Assembly: GCF_001194135.2 (NCBI RefSeq) | Contig: NC_068993.1 | Coordinates: 42,807,765-42,871,764 of the forward strand | Reading direction: 5' to 3' | DNA from: Octopus bimaculoides | Lineage: Eukaryota | Length of the DNA stretch: 64,000 bases | Part shown: one piece after another, positions 11,352 through 23,620 of the stretch | Layout of the letters: every line of letters starts with the position of its first letter | Position numbering within the stretch: position 1 is the stretch's first letter | Position numbers and translations under genes: made by a program | The notes under the pieces: generated by a model | Seen by the model: only the letters and a program-made list of their open reading frames with translations | Told to the model about the DNA's origin: nothing | Database searches by the model: none

Positions 11352-11830
11352 TTATTCCTTTATTTGTTTCAGTGATATGACTGTGGCCATGGTGGGGCAC
11401 CACCTTCAAGTGATTTTGTCGAAGGATTCGATCCCGAGACTAATTTTTAAGCCTACTATTTATTTTATTCGTCTCTTTGCCGAACCGCTAGATTACGGGG
11501 ACGTAAACACACCACCATCGGTTGTCAACCGATGATGGGGGTACAATCACAGACAAAAAGACACACACTCACGCATATATGTGTATATATATATATATAT
11601 NNNNNNNNNNNNNNNNNNNNNNNNNNNNNNNNNNNNNNNNNNNNNNNNNNNNNNNNNNNNNNNNNNNNNNNNNNNNNNNNNNNNNNNNNNNNNNNNNNNN
11701 NNNNNNNNNNNNNNNNNNNNNNNNNNNNNNNNNNNNNNNNTTATTTTCTTCTACTTGTTTCAGACATTTAATTTCGGCCATGCCGGAACTATGCGTTGGG
11801 GAAGCAAACTTCTTACCACACAGCACGCCT
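11352..11830 (-). mobile_element. SINE family C, interrupted by its internal microsatellite and an N-gap
   Basis: 3' half at 11352-11565 (TTTGCCGAACCGCTA..TTACGGGGACGTAAACAC); head remnant at 11785-11830. Confidence 0.7.
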
Positions 11831-11844
11831 ATATCTTTCCCCTT

Positions 11845-12255
11845 TTGTTTCTGTCACTGGACTATGACCAAGCTGCAGCACCGCCTTACTCGCTTTGAAG
11901 GGCTTAGTTGCACAAATGCATCGAGTACTTATTTTTCAAGCCTGTTGCTTATTTTATCGGTTTCTTTTCCCGGAACGCTAGATTACGGTTACCTAAATAA
12001 AACAGCACTGGTTGTCAGGCGGTGTGTGGGACAAACACAGACGCAAAGATATACGAACACAAAAGCACTAATACTCACACACATATACGCATAAACACAC
12101 ACATACATGCATACAGCAGGCTTCCATACAGTTTCCATCAACCAAATTCTCTCTCAAGGCATTGATAGGCTCAGAGCTATTCCCAAGGTGCCATGTTGTG
12201 GAACTGATCCCGAAACCACATGTTTGCAAAGCTAGCCTCCTAACCACATAGCAAT
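11845..12255 (-). mobile_element. SINE family C, near full length
   Basis: Both halves are present around a CA-rich middle; reverse complement of 15041-15480. Confidence 0.75.
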
Positions 12256-12529
12256 ATTTGTTTTTAATGTGAAGGATAATTAGGATTACCAGATTATCAA
12301 TTAAAAGTTTCAAATATAACTGACAACGAAAGATTAAAGTAATGCAGAGTATTTAAAGTTGAATGCTTATCGAATGCGACAAGGTCATCGGAATCATAAA
12401 TGCACTGAAATAATAACAAACCAGGAACGGACCATGAATTTGAATAGCAATGTAGCTTATATCAATCCTCACAATAAAACTTGCGACATATTGATTTTAA
12501 ATTTTTGGGGGATGTAAACAATATCAATT

Positions 12530-12785
12530 GTCAAGCGATGGTGGGCACAAAGCTAAGAATAAAGTCTCGCACAAACACACACATACATCACAAATCCATA
12601 TATCTTTATGTGTGTATGTGTGAGTGTGCATGCTTATACGACGATTTCTTTCGGTTTCCGTCTACCAAATCCACTCACAAGGCTTTGGTCGGCCAGAGCT
12701 ATCGTAGAAGACAATTCCCGAAAGAACTAGCAGTGAGACTGAACCCGGAACTATGTGGTTGCGTAGTAAACTACTCACCACGCAG
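12530..12785 (-). mobile_element. SINE family C, partial
   Basis: GTTTCCGTCTACCAAATCCACTCACAAGGCTTTGGTCGGCC...GTAGAAGAC. Confidence 0.8.
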
Positions 12786-13672
12786 ATTGTAACAATCGTT
12801 ACTATCTTGGCAAGCGAACACGTCTACCAAAGACTATTAAATTCAAATATTGAGAGATGTGATCAGTTGTAAGTACAACAGATGGCCGTGACAGTTACGG
12901 CTCACCAGGATGCAGCGTTCTGATTTATGTCCAGTATTTACCATGAACAATCGTACTCCGCCTGTTAATACTGCGTTTGTTAATTTATCGTACGCAAATT
13001 GTTTAATTTGCTAATCTAGCTAAATGGGAAGGTTATCAAGTAAGCTTAAAAGTCACTAGTTATTTAAACTTTCACGGCATTGATTATGTCACATGCGATT
13101 GCTTCAAATCATGATTATCCTTTTCAACGCATCACTAATCACAAATTGAGAATTATATTAGAGAAAGAGAACAATTAAATAGGCTACATATAAATAGTAA
13201 CAGAAGAAATATCTGATTGTATGGCATTGCCGACTAAATCTTTTGTTTTTGTCCCAAATTAATTTCTAATAAGAAACACTTAGAATTTAGAAAATAGCGC
13301 TTAGTTAGCATCAGTTGATGTTTAACTTTTTTCACAACAAAAATATTAACCAAATCAACACGATCAGAGGCCGATGCTAGCAACAAAAATAACAACAACA
13401 ACAACGAGGGAAATTAATTTCTGATGCTTGGATAACGTACAGTTACTAATCACTTCACTAATGAACTTGTGAGATTCACAGTCCAATTAAGCTGACACAA
13501 ATAGCCAACTTCAACATTGCAGGTGGAGCAGCAGCAGCAGCAGAGGCGACAGCGCCAGCGGTGGTGGTGGTGGTGGTGGCTGTTGTAGTAGTAGTAGTAG
13601 TTCTTCTTGATATTATTGCTGAAGCAGCAATCGTAATTTCNNNNNNNNNNTGTTGTAGTGGCAGTAGAAGTG

Positions 13673-13673
<1 letters not shown>

Positions 13674-13740
<67 letters not shown>
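13674..13740. repeat. (GTA)n microsatellite within a compound trinucleotide tract (13528-13755)
   Basis: Direct reading. Confidence 0.95.
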
Positions 13741-14117
13741 TGTTGTTGTTGTTTTTGTTGTTATGAATACGCATTCGTCAGAAAGGAAAACTTCTCCAAT
13801 GACGAAATACAACAGTGACTAGCATGCTCACGTTGAAACCTGCCAGAGTGTATTAAGAAAAAATATGCACGTTATTGTGCGTATGTGTGTGTGTGTGTGT
13901 GTGTGTGTGTNNNNNNNNNNNNNNNNNNNNNNNNNNNNNNNNNNNNNNNNNNNNNNNNNNNNNNNNNNNNNNNNNNNNNNNNNNNNNNNNNNNNNNNNNN
14001 NNNNNNNNNNNNNNNNNNNNNNNNNNNNNNNNNNNNNNNNNNNNNNNNNNNNNNNNNNNNNNNNNNNNNNNNNNNNNNNNNNNNNNNNNNNNNNNNNNNN
14101 NNNNNNNNNNCTTTTAT

Positions 14118-14235
14118 TATTGCTGGTAAATCTGTTCTACTCTAGGCACAAGACCTGAAATTTTTTGTTTGGTGGGGGAAGTGGGGGGGGGGCTGTCGAT
14201 TAAATCGACCCCAGTACGCAACTGGTACTGATTTT
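14118..14235 (-). mobile_element. SINE family B, 3' part
   Basis: CTACTCTAGGCACAAG...GTCGATTAAATCGACCCCAGTACGCAACTGGTACT matches 19216-19300. Confidence 0.8.
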
Positions 14236-14263
14236 TTTATTACGATAAATATTATCATACATC

Positions 14264-14351
14264 TCTAGCAGACGAGGTATCCAGTACTGAAGAGAGGCAG
14301 AAATACCCCGAAACCCATGTGGTCTGCTGGCCTGTTGGCTTCGTCGCTAGA
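14264..14351 (+). ncRNA. Type I hammerhead ribozyme with intact catalytic core (predicted cleavage 3' of C14324)
   Basis: Stem I CCAGTA (14281-86) pairs with TGCTGG (14325-30). Core CTGAAGA (14287-93); stem II GAGG/CCCC with loop CAGAAATA; GAAA (14310-13); stem III ACC/GGT with loop CATGT; GTC triplet (14322-24). Beyond an internal loop, the outer stem TCTAGC-a-GACGAG pairs with TTCGTC-GCTAGA. Confidence 0.85.
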
Positions 14352-14448
14352 CGGTGGTAGGGGTTCGCTCCCCTGCTCGCAATATTTCGGATGCAGCTAT
14401 GCATGGTTAACAAGCTAGAGGGGATGTCCTATTGAGGTTAAAATATCG
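14264..14448 (+). mobile_element. Short non-coding hammerhead-bearing element (retrozyme-like or PLE-terminal-repeat-like), better preserved copy
   Basis: Homologous to 1122-1284 along its length; lies between two SINE fragments. Confidence 0.65.
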
Positions 14449-14595
14449 CTTCTTCCAGTTTCCATCTACCAAATCCACTCACAAGGCTTTCGTCGGGCCA
14501 AGGCTATAGTAGAAGACACCGACCCAAGATAGCACGCAATGAGACTGAACCTGGAACGACGTGGTTGGGAATCAAACTTCTTGTCACACAGACAT
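14449..14595 (-). mobile_element. SINE family C, 5' half
   Basis: CAGTTTCCATCTACCAAATCCACTCACAAGGCTTT..GGCTATAGTAGAAGACAC. Confidence 0.85.
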
Positions 14596-15040
14596 TCATG
14601 CGCCTTATATATATATACGCGCACGCGTACGCACGCTTACACACACACACACACATATAAAAGATATTCTTTGTGCAGGTGCAATGTTTGCTGATAGCAA
14701 ACCCTATACGCATGTATCAACTGTATATGTTTCGACAAAATTAGAGAAATTAGTATCTTCAGTTTTACTAGACATCACGTAGGTTCCAACAAATCAGTTA
14801 AACATTTGCACAGCAAATTGATTGCAGAGAGATAATTAACAAGTGCCATTGCTTACAGCACAGTTCTCAGTTCAAGCCTATCAAAAGGTAACTTGCATCT
14901 TATCTCTCGTGAATGTGTCAGCAAGTGCGCGTACGTTAGTATATTGAACAGAAAGCTTCTAAGCTGTGAAGAATGCAATGGCTTTCATTTGTTTTTCTTT
15001 CCTTTTTTTTTACCTTTTAAATAAGATTGTTTTATATATA

Positions 15041-15203
15041 GGTGCAGGAGTGGCTGTGTGTTAAAGAGCTTGCTTACCAACCATATGGTTCAGGGTTCAG
15101 TCCCACTGCATGGCACCTTGGACAAGTGTCTTCTACTATAACCTCGGACCAACCAAAGCCTAGTGAGTGGATTTGGTAGACAGAAACTGAAAGAAACCCG
15201 TCG

Positions 15204-15260
<57 letters not shown>

Positions 15261-15480
15261 GCGTGTTTGTTTGTTTCTGTGTCTGTGTTTGTCTCCCCAC
15301 CATCGCTTGACAACCAATGCTAGTGTGTCTACGTGCCCGTAACCTAGCTGTCTGGCAAAAGAGACCGATAGTATAAATACTAGGCTTACAGATAAGTCCT
15401 GGGGTCGATTTGTTCAACTAAAGGCAGAGCTCCAGCATGGCCGCGGTTAAATGACTGAAACAAATAAAAGAATAAAAGAA
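15041..15480 (+). mobile_element. SINE family C, full length with internal (TA)n(TG)n
   Basis: Head GGTGCAGGAGTGGCTGTGTG, B-box-like GGTTCAGTCCC, central microsatellite, and tail ...TGACTGAAACAAATAAAAGAATAAAAG. Confidence 0.9.
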
Positions 15481-15846
15481 TATATATATACTTCTCGTAA
15501 CACGGTTACATAGCATTACTGTGAGAACCGAAGTGAAACGGGTTCGAATTCCGTATAGCTGAACTGTTAAGCTAATGGCACAGACTACCAAGCGAGGAGC
15601 ATAAATATTCCGAGCACTAATGCATTAAACACTCTTTTGGCAAAATTTTGACCTCCTCGAAGCTATTTCGTTTTTATTTCTACGGTGGTTTTATTCTTTT
15701 ATTTGTTACATGTGAAAGGTCTTTTATGAGCAAGATATTGTTAAGAGAGAAATAAATTCTTTGTTTTTTTTCCTTTGAAAGCTGCATTGCTAACGCCTTA
15801 TAAACTTTCGATTTATTATCATAATTCACAAAGCTTACAACTGTTT

Positions 15847-15924
<78 letters not shown>

Positions 15925-16286
15925 GGGTGAATAGAGATAGAGAAATTTGTTTGTGTGTGCGTATGGAGAGAGAGAGAGAGATACTTATGTATACAAATAC
16001 GCACATACTTATGTACATATATACATAAGTATTTGTATGTGTATATGTTTGTATGTATGTATGCATGTATGTATGTATGTGTGTATGTATGTATGTGTGT
16101 ATGCTACTCAATGAACAAATGAACGGAATTACCACTTTGTCTCCAGATGTCCGGGACCTGGTCGCGTATTTATTCACGCCCACGAAACATTAAGAAACAT
16201 AATAACTTAAGGAGCTAAGTGAAACTGGGACAGAACCAATGTGCAAGTGTGAGCGTGTGCGTGCGTGTGTGTGCGTTTATGTATGT

Positions 16287-16329
<43 letters not shown>

Positions 16330-16384
16330 TGTTTGTGTGTGTGTGTGTGTGTTTGTGTGTGTTGGTGTGTGTTGGTGTGTGTCG

Positions 16385-16667
16385 ATGCGTAGCCTAGCTA
16401 TTTGGGTGTTGCACTATATCATAAGTTCGATTCCCGAACGGAAAGGTGCATTGTGTTCTTAAGCAAAACACTTCATTTTACGTGGCTTTGCGATTATTTC
16501 AACATTTGACTTATGCAACTGCAGAAGCAACGTGAATTTGATGGAGTGAGACTATGTACAACGCATACATTCGATCGCTATAAACAAATCGTTTGTGCAG
16601 GTCGTTCAGGAAGCCCTGAACATTCAAAAGTCGCATTCAACGGAAGAGTCCATTATATATATATATG

Positions 16668-16706
<39 letters not shown>

Positions 16707-16915
16707 CTTTCTGTGTTTGTCCCCCCACCATCGCGTCACAACCGATGTTGGTGTGTTTACGTTCTCATGACTTAACGGATCTGCAAAATGGACCGATAGA
16801 AAAAGTACTAGGCTAACAAAGCACAAGTCCTGGGGCTGAGTGCCTCGACTAAAAACCCTTTAAGGCGGTGCTCCAGCATGGCTGCAGTTGATATAACTGA
16901 AAGAAGTAAAAGAAT
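16385..16915 (+). mobile_element. Composite SINE: family A-type head and core, microsatellite, family C 3' half
   Basis: 16385-16640 matches 47785-48075; 16700-16915 matches 15280-15480. Confidence 0.65.
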
Positions 16916-19215
16916 ATATATNNNNNNNNNNNNNNNNNNNNNNNNNNNNNNNNNNNNNNNNNNNNNNNNNNNNNNNNNNNNNNNNNNNNNNNNNNNNNNN
17001 NNNNNNNNNNNNNNNNNNNNNNNNNNNNNNNNNNNNNNNNNNNNNNNNNNNNNNNNNNNNNNNNNNNNNNNNNNNNNNNNNNNNNNTATATATACGTATA
17101 TGTACCTACTTACATTTATGTTGTGCGTGTGTTTGTGTGTGTGCATGTGTGCGTGTGTATGTATGCATATATGTATGTATGCATATGTAAGTGTGTGTGT
17201 GAAATGCTCGAACACTCAGTGACAAAGAGACAGGGAAAAATAATACACAAAAAACTACAGATTTTTTGTATTCATCCTTGTGCATATTAGCAATAATGTG
17301 GAGTGGCACAAAGAGCGAGAAATTGATCAGGAATTGCTGTAGCCTGGATTTAGCTTTTATTTTTTAAAAACAAATCATTTTCGTAGCTAATTCTCATGAG
17401 AAAATAAAGAATGTCACAACTTCACACTTATTTTTCTCAAAACGTCTCAGATCAAAAGATATGAGATATCGTGCATTTCGCATGTTTGGATGGATGTGTC
17501 GCATATAAGCGGTGGATGTGAGTATAATCAATAGCAGGTAGAAGGAAAATGTATAGTGATGTGTGTGTGATAGCGTACCTGAGTATAATTGTAAAGAGCA
17601 TTATTTGTATGCCTTTGTTCATTTGTATAGAAGCATTATACACGTCTGCATGCGAGGAAAGACAAAGTCTATGTATAGATGTTATACGTGTATATATTTC
17701 TATGAGTTTTGAAATAATGTCTGTCTCTTTATGTATATATGTATGTAAAAATGTTGCCATGTTCTTATATGTAGACAATAAATGTGTTGAAAGTGAAAGT
17801 GTGTTTTGGAAGGGAACTGTGTATCAATGTATGTAGTTGCATGTAAAAACTTTATTATAATGTTAGTATATAGAAGCTGTAATATGTACTGTATGTATAA
17901 CTGTATGTATATGTGTTTACCTGTGCTTGAAACAGAAGCTATTGAATTATTTTCTATCCCTCTCAGCCTACCAAATCTACCTACCAAATATCTATCTGCT
18001 TCTGTATCTTTGCTATTCATCTAGCTATCGACTTATCTATCTGTCAATCTGTCAATCTACCAATCTAACTACCAACATTCGTCAGTATAATTATTTTTAG
18101 TTCAAAGGTAATTCAATAATAGATGAGCTCGTAGATATTTTCTATATCTATCAGTTAATTAACCTCTCTGTCAGTTTACCTCTCTATCTACATAGTTTTC
18201 TAGCTACATGTCTCTCTATCTACACACATATATTATCTATCACTCTATCTATATGTCTATCAATTTATCTATCTTATTCTTTCTATATTTACATGCTTAG
18301 CAGTGTTTAGTTCAACAACAAATTCCATAAAATAGTGAAATGATCTCATAGTGCGATAGTTGAAATAAACGCATGTCTATATTCGTGTATATATACATGT
18401 GTATGTGTGTGTGCTTGTCTGTACGTCTGTATGTGTGCGCGTGTGCATGTGTATTCGTATATATGTACGCATGCATTTGTAGGTATATATTTACGTATTG
18501 TCATAGAAGTAATGTTTCTGCCTCTCTGTGAGTATAAAAAGCAAAACCACGTGGGGGTTTTTTTATGGCTTAGTGAGTTGAGAGACTCCGAAATCGGCGG
18601 GGAGAAACCAGGTCAGATAATGTGTTATCGAGTTATCAGGATCTCTTCGTAGCAAGCCTCATTGCTTGAAGTAGCGTGAACCTCTCTGAAAATACTCGCG
18701 AGCCATATGCGGGCACTAAACGAGGTGTTCCTTTAAGCTTACCACCTAACAACAGGCGCAGTCAATCCGGTGCACTCAATCTGGCGGGTTTAAAAATACA
18801 TCAAGCACGAAATACATTGATTACGTCTGAACCATTTTCATTTCATATAGTATATTCATTAAGACTACATTTGTTAGCGTGTATACAACGAGATTTAACC
18901 TTATTCTATCGGCTTGGCTTAATTGTGGAATCGTTTTCGATTGATTAGTGTAATTAATCTTATAATTAATCCTACTAATCCCATCAAGTTAACTGTTCCG
19001 TAAACGGTTTTTACGTATTTTAAATATCTTCCTTTTGTGTTAAATTCGGATTTACGGAGAAAAGTAAAGTTTGTATGATATGATCTAATCTTATACAGAT
19101 ACACGTGTGTGTATGTGTGCGTGTGCGGGCTTGTGTGTACATATATGCATACACAGGTACACACACAACATACTCATAGATGTACATTAAAATGTTTCAT
19201 TTTAACACTATCTGT

Positions 19216-19412
19216 ATTCTTTTCTACTCTAGGCACAAGGCCCGAAATTTTTTGGAAGGGGCCAGTCGATTAGATCGACCCCAGAACGCAACTGGTACTT
19301 AATTTATCAACCCCGAAAGGATGAAAGACAAAGATGATCTCGACGGAATTTGAGCTCAAAGCACAAAAACAGACGAAACATCGCTAAGCATTTCACCTGG
19401 CGTGCTTACGTT
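19216..19412 (-). mobile_element. SINE family B
   Basis: GTCGATTAGATCGACCCCAG...CCCGAAAGGATGAAAG...GGAATTTGAGCTC. Confidence 0.85.
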
Positions 19413-20090
19413 TAAGAAATTATTATTTCTTATATTTAATTGTTAATGTTATGATTTTATTTGCTCCATGTACCCAGACCTTGTGGACACCATGTGTACA
19501 TATGTATGTATGTATGTATGTATTATCTATCCATCTATCCATCTATCTATCTATAGATTTGTCAATCAATCTATCTATCTGTCTAATTCCAGCTTACCTA
19601 TCTAACTATATTTAGTCGTTTATCTCTGTTCGGTTCAACAACTGATACAGTAATAAAGTGAAACGGTTTGATAGTGCGATAGTTGGCGAAGTTGTATGTA
19701 TAAATATGTGTATCGGTATGAGTGCTTGCGTGTATGTATGTATGTATGTATGTATGTATGTATGCATGTACGTATGTATGTATGTATTTATGTATGTATG
19801 TATGTATGTATGTATGTATGTATGTATGCATGCATGTATGTATGTATGTATGTATGTAGCATTCTTCAGTTAGGTGTTCAATTAGACCACGTGCCTTAGT
19901 AAGTAGTTTGATACCAGTTTGCGTTGATCCAATCTTAGTCACATGATTTAATTTCTAGCAGCTTGTTGTAATATGGCTTCTCAGAAATTCGTATGAATGG
20001 CTTTTTACTGATGATTGACTGACTTCCAGTATACTTCCTTTTTACGGTCCATTTCTATTGCCAAACACTTTTCATGTCTTTCTCCTTCTT

Positions 20091-20179
<89 letters not shown>

Positions 20180-20540
20180 CTCTTTTTCTCTTTCTCTTTA
20201 TTTATCTATCTCTATTTGTCTACTTCTTCCCTCATCTATGTGTCGAGCAATGAAGGCAAATTAAGTGCATTGAGTATGGACGCCATCAGTGATACAATAA
20301 TATGTGACAAATGAAATCAACCTAATTTGATTCATGTTTCATGTTTTTTAACATGTTTGCACGAACGCGTAAGTGTGTATGTGTGTGTGTAGTTACGAAC
20401 GAGCATGCGCGTTTGTGTGTGCCTCAATGTACATGTGCACCTCTGTGTGTACGTGTGTATACGTGTATGTGGGCGTCTGTCTGTTTGTTCGTGTGTACAC
20501 GTATGTGTGTATGTGCATGTGTGTGTATGGGCATGTGTGT

Positions 20541-20790
20541 GAAGGCGCGCAGCCGAGTATTTAGGAGTATTCGGCTCATGATCGTAAGGTCGTGAGTTCA
20601 ATTCCCGGCGGCGTGTTATGCCCTTGAGCAAGACACTTTATTTCACGTTGCTCCAGTCCACTCTGCTGGCATAAATGAGTGTCCTGCAACAGACCGGGGT
20701 CCCGTCCAGATGGGGAATATATACACCATGAAACCGGGAAACCAGCCTTTATAAGTCGGCACGATTCAAAAAGGTGACTTTACCTTTACC
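20541..20790 (+). mobile_element. SINE family A
   Basis: GAAGGCGCG...GAGTTCAATTCC...CTTGAGCAAGACACTTTATTTCACGTTGCTCCAG; CTTTAC-repeat tail. Confidence 0.85.
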
Positions 20791-21375
20791 TAACCTACTT
20801 GGTCACCTTTGCATTACATTAACACAGAGTGTCACCTTGTATCTTCCCCGGTATTGAACACTGGACACATAGTCTTATATGTCTTTCTTCCATCAATGAA
20901 AATCACAATTTTCCATATACCAAACAAGGCTTCATTGATCTTCCCCTTCGAAGTTATACAGAAAACCGCTCCATTTACTTCATCAAAATCGTAACACAAG
21001 GATACATAAAAGTCATGATATACTCAAATTATATTTTCTGGGAGTTTATTCATTGTTTAAATTTCCTATTTGGCGAAAAAAATGTGGAAAATATTTGAAA
21101 CTTTATCAATTGCTGATATCATTGTTGGTTAGCGTTAAAATTGCCATTATTTGCTGTTTCGCAGAAAACGTCTGTGTTCGCTTGTTTAGAATGATGTTTA
21201 TTTTTTCGAACACCTGTCCAAGATTCTTGTGGCCGTGTAAGCTAAACGAAGAAAACAGGTTGTTACATAAGAAAGCGGATATTTATAAAAATGAAATAGA
21301 CAAAAATGTCCAACGATAAGCTTTAGTTTTTGCATCTATGAATATGTATATAGAACGATGGATAGATAGAAAGAC

Positions 21376-21417
<42 letters not shown>

Positions 21418-21458
21418 AGAGAAAGAGAGAGAGAGAGAAAGAGAGAGAGAGAAAGAGA

Positions 21459-21518
<60 letters not shown>

Positions 21519-21715
21519 AAGTAAAAGAGAGATGCAGAAAAAAAATGATATAAGATGTACAGAACGAGCACACATACTAGGCTTGGTGGAGGGAAATGAT
21601 TAAAGGAATGCAATTCACTCCTCCTCTGTGAATGAGTCAATGAGAGAGAAAGGATCGTAGATATGGAGGNNNNNNNNNNNNNNNNNNNNNNNNNNNNNNN
21701 NGTGGTGGTTGTGGA

Positions 21716-21808
21716 GCAGGAGGAGGAGGACGACGACGAGGAGGAGGACGAGGAGGAGGACGAGGAGGAGGACGAGGAGGAGGACGAGGAGGAGGACGAG
21801 GAGGAGGT
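21716..21808. repeat. (GAGGAGGAGGAC)n 12-mer tandem repeat
   Basis: Direct reading. Confidence 0.9.
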
Positions 21809-22167
21809 TAGGGAGTATAAGTCTAGATAGTTTGGGGGGAAATTATTGAAAATAATAGAAGTCTTTCTTTTGAAAATTAGCATTGATCTTTATCATTTTG
21901 TATAAGCACTAAGAAATTTGCTAAAAGTTAATTATTGTATGTATGCCATATTTCCTGATATTATCAAAGGTGACAAAAGTATAATTCCAAAGTTTCCCGT
22001 CATATGACGCATAACACTCCGGTAATAATAATAATAATAATAATACATTGTAACTCGAATCCAGCGCTGTGCACTGTCTGAACACGTCCTCTCTCCTTGA
22101 AAGCATAACACCAGAAAACAACAACAACAACAACAACAATAATAATAATAATAATAATAATAATAAT

Positions 22168-22423
22168 TATTACCTAGATCAGATTCCAGGAAACCCGAAA
22201 ATGGCTGAAGTTCAAAAGATAGTGCTCATGGGAACTGCCCATATCCTACGTAAAATACTGTCTTATGGTTTCTTAAACATTCACTTGAACAAAACTGTAG
22301 AAATCCAAATATATGGTACCCTAGGCATAACACCTACATGAACTTCTAACTTGTTTTCTCTTGAGGTCTCTGGGTGAGACTTGGATCCAACTTGTACAAA
22401 TGCAAAACAAAAGTCAAACATAA
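22168..22423 (+). mobile_element. R4/Dong-like RLE retrotransposon, 5'-truncated 3' end
   Basis: YLDQIPGNPKMAEVQKIVLMGTAHILRKILS resembles the R4/Dong C-terminal QKxxLLGTARILRxVL motif. A 3' UTR follows, and (AAT)n lies on both flanks. Confidence 0.75.
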
Positions 22424-22454
<31 letters not shown>

Positions 22455-22642
22455 TACAAGCGACCGTAAAAATCTGGGGAGGTAAACTGGAATGAGGAGA
22501 TTGAAACGAGAAATACTCTGCAAAATACTGAGTTCCTTGTTAATAATTAATATAGTTGTAGACATTTACAGTAACCAACATTCCAAGAATTATGTGGACA
22601 TACAACAGAAAATGATATCATAGACACTGCATGTGTGTGTGT

Positions 22643-22678
<36 letters not shown>

Positions 22679-22805
22679 GTATCTCTATCTATATGTATAT
22701 ATAAAATATATATAAATTCATGTATGTATAGATATATATGCATATATGTATTATATTTGTCTATATACTGCGTGTATATGCACATATAAAAAATATAAAG
22801 TCATG

Positions 22806-22916
<111 letters not shown>

Positions 22917-22944
22917 GTGCATATATATATATGTATGTATATGG

Positions 22945-22975
<31 letters not shown>

Positions 22976-23174
22976 CATGTATATATGCACATACATATGT
23001 ATATAAAATATATATGAATTCATGAATATGTATGTATGTATGTATGTTTGTATGTATGTATGTATGTATGTATGTATGTATGTATGTACTCCAGTGACTA
23101 CAGTAGCAAAATACTTTGCTTGTTCTCAAATTACAAAGAAAATAAACGAAAGAAAATTATTAAAAAGCACTTAT

Positions 23175-23620
23175 ATTAAGCCAGATAAAAAAGAAATGCA
23201 GGGATCGGATTGTTAGACCACACGCAGACTTACAAATATTTGTTCTGGGAAAAGAATGTGGAGGTGATACAAAAGCATAAGATAACTAAATACCAGGATT
23301 TAATACAGAACTGCAGCAAGAATAAGTATTTGATAGTAGGAGTTGATAGTCAAGGGCTCACCATTCGCACTTCGAATAATGCCTAGGGAATCCTGAGCGT
23401 TACAGAATTGAGCCGAAGAGGCATCACGAACAACGCAGAGGTCACTGAGAAAGCATCTAGGTATCTCTGGCCGAAAAGAGCTGATCAGTGGTGTCAGTAG
23501 AATGCTAATTGGACAAAGAGTTAGACTTGATCAACTTTGGTCAGGTCATCTAGGTAAGAAGGTATGTTGCAAGAGCCGAAACAACAGTGGCTCCAGGACA
23601 CAGCAGCGATGATGTACCCG
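23175..23620 (+). mobile_element. HERO-like RLE non-LTR retrotransposon, 3' fragment
   Basis: 23243-23500 reads FWEKNVEVIQKHKITKYQDLIQNCSKN...*...NAEVTEKASRYLWPKRADQW, with one internal stop. This resembles PWE..K..KY..L..EC...AEKASxWLWxKR. A 3' UTR ending CCAGGACACAGCAGCGATGATGT follows. Confidence 0.7.

Noticed and set aside
15500-15560. B-box GGTTCGAATTCC suggesting a tRNA gene
   Set aside because: I could not fold a cloverleaf or find a proper A-box; at most a decayed SINE or tRNA remnant.
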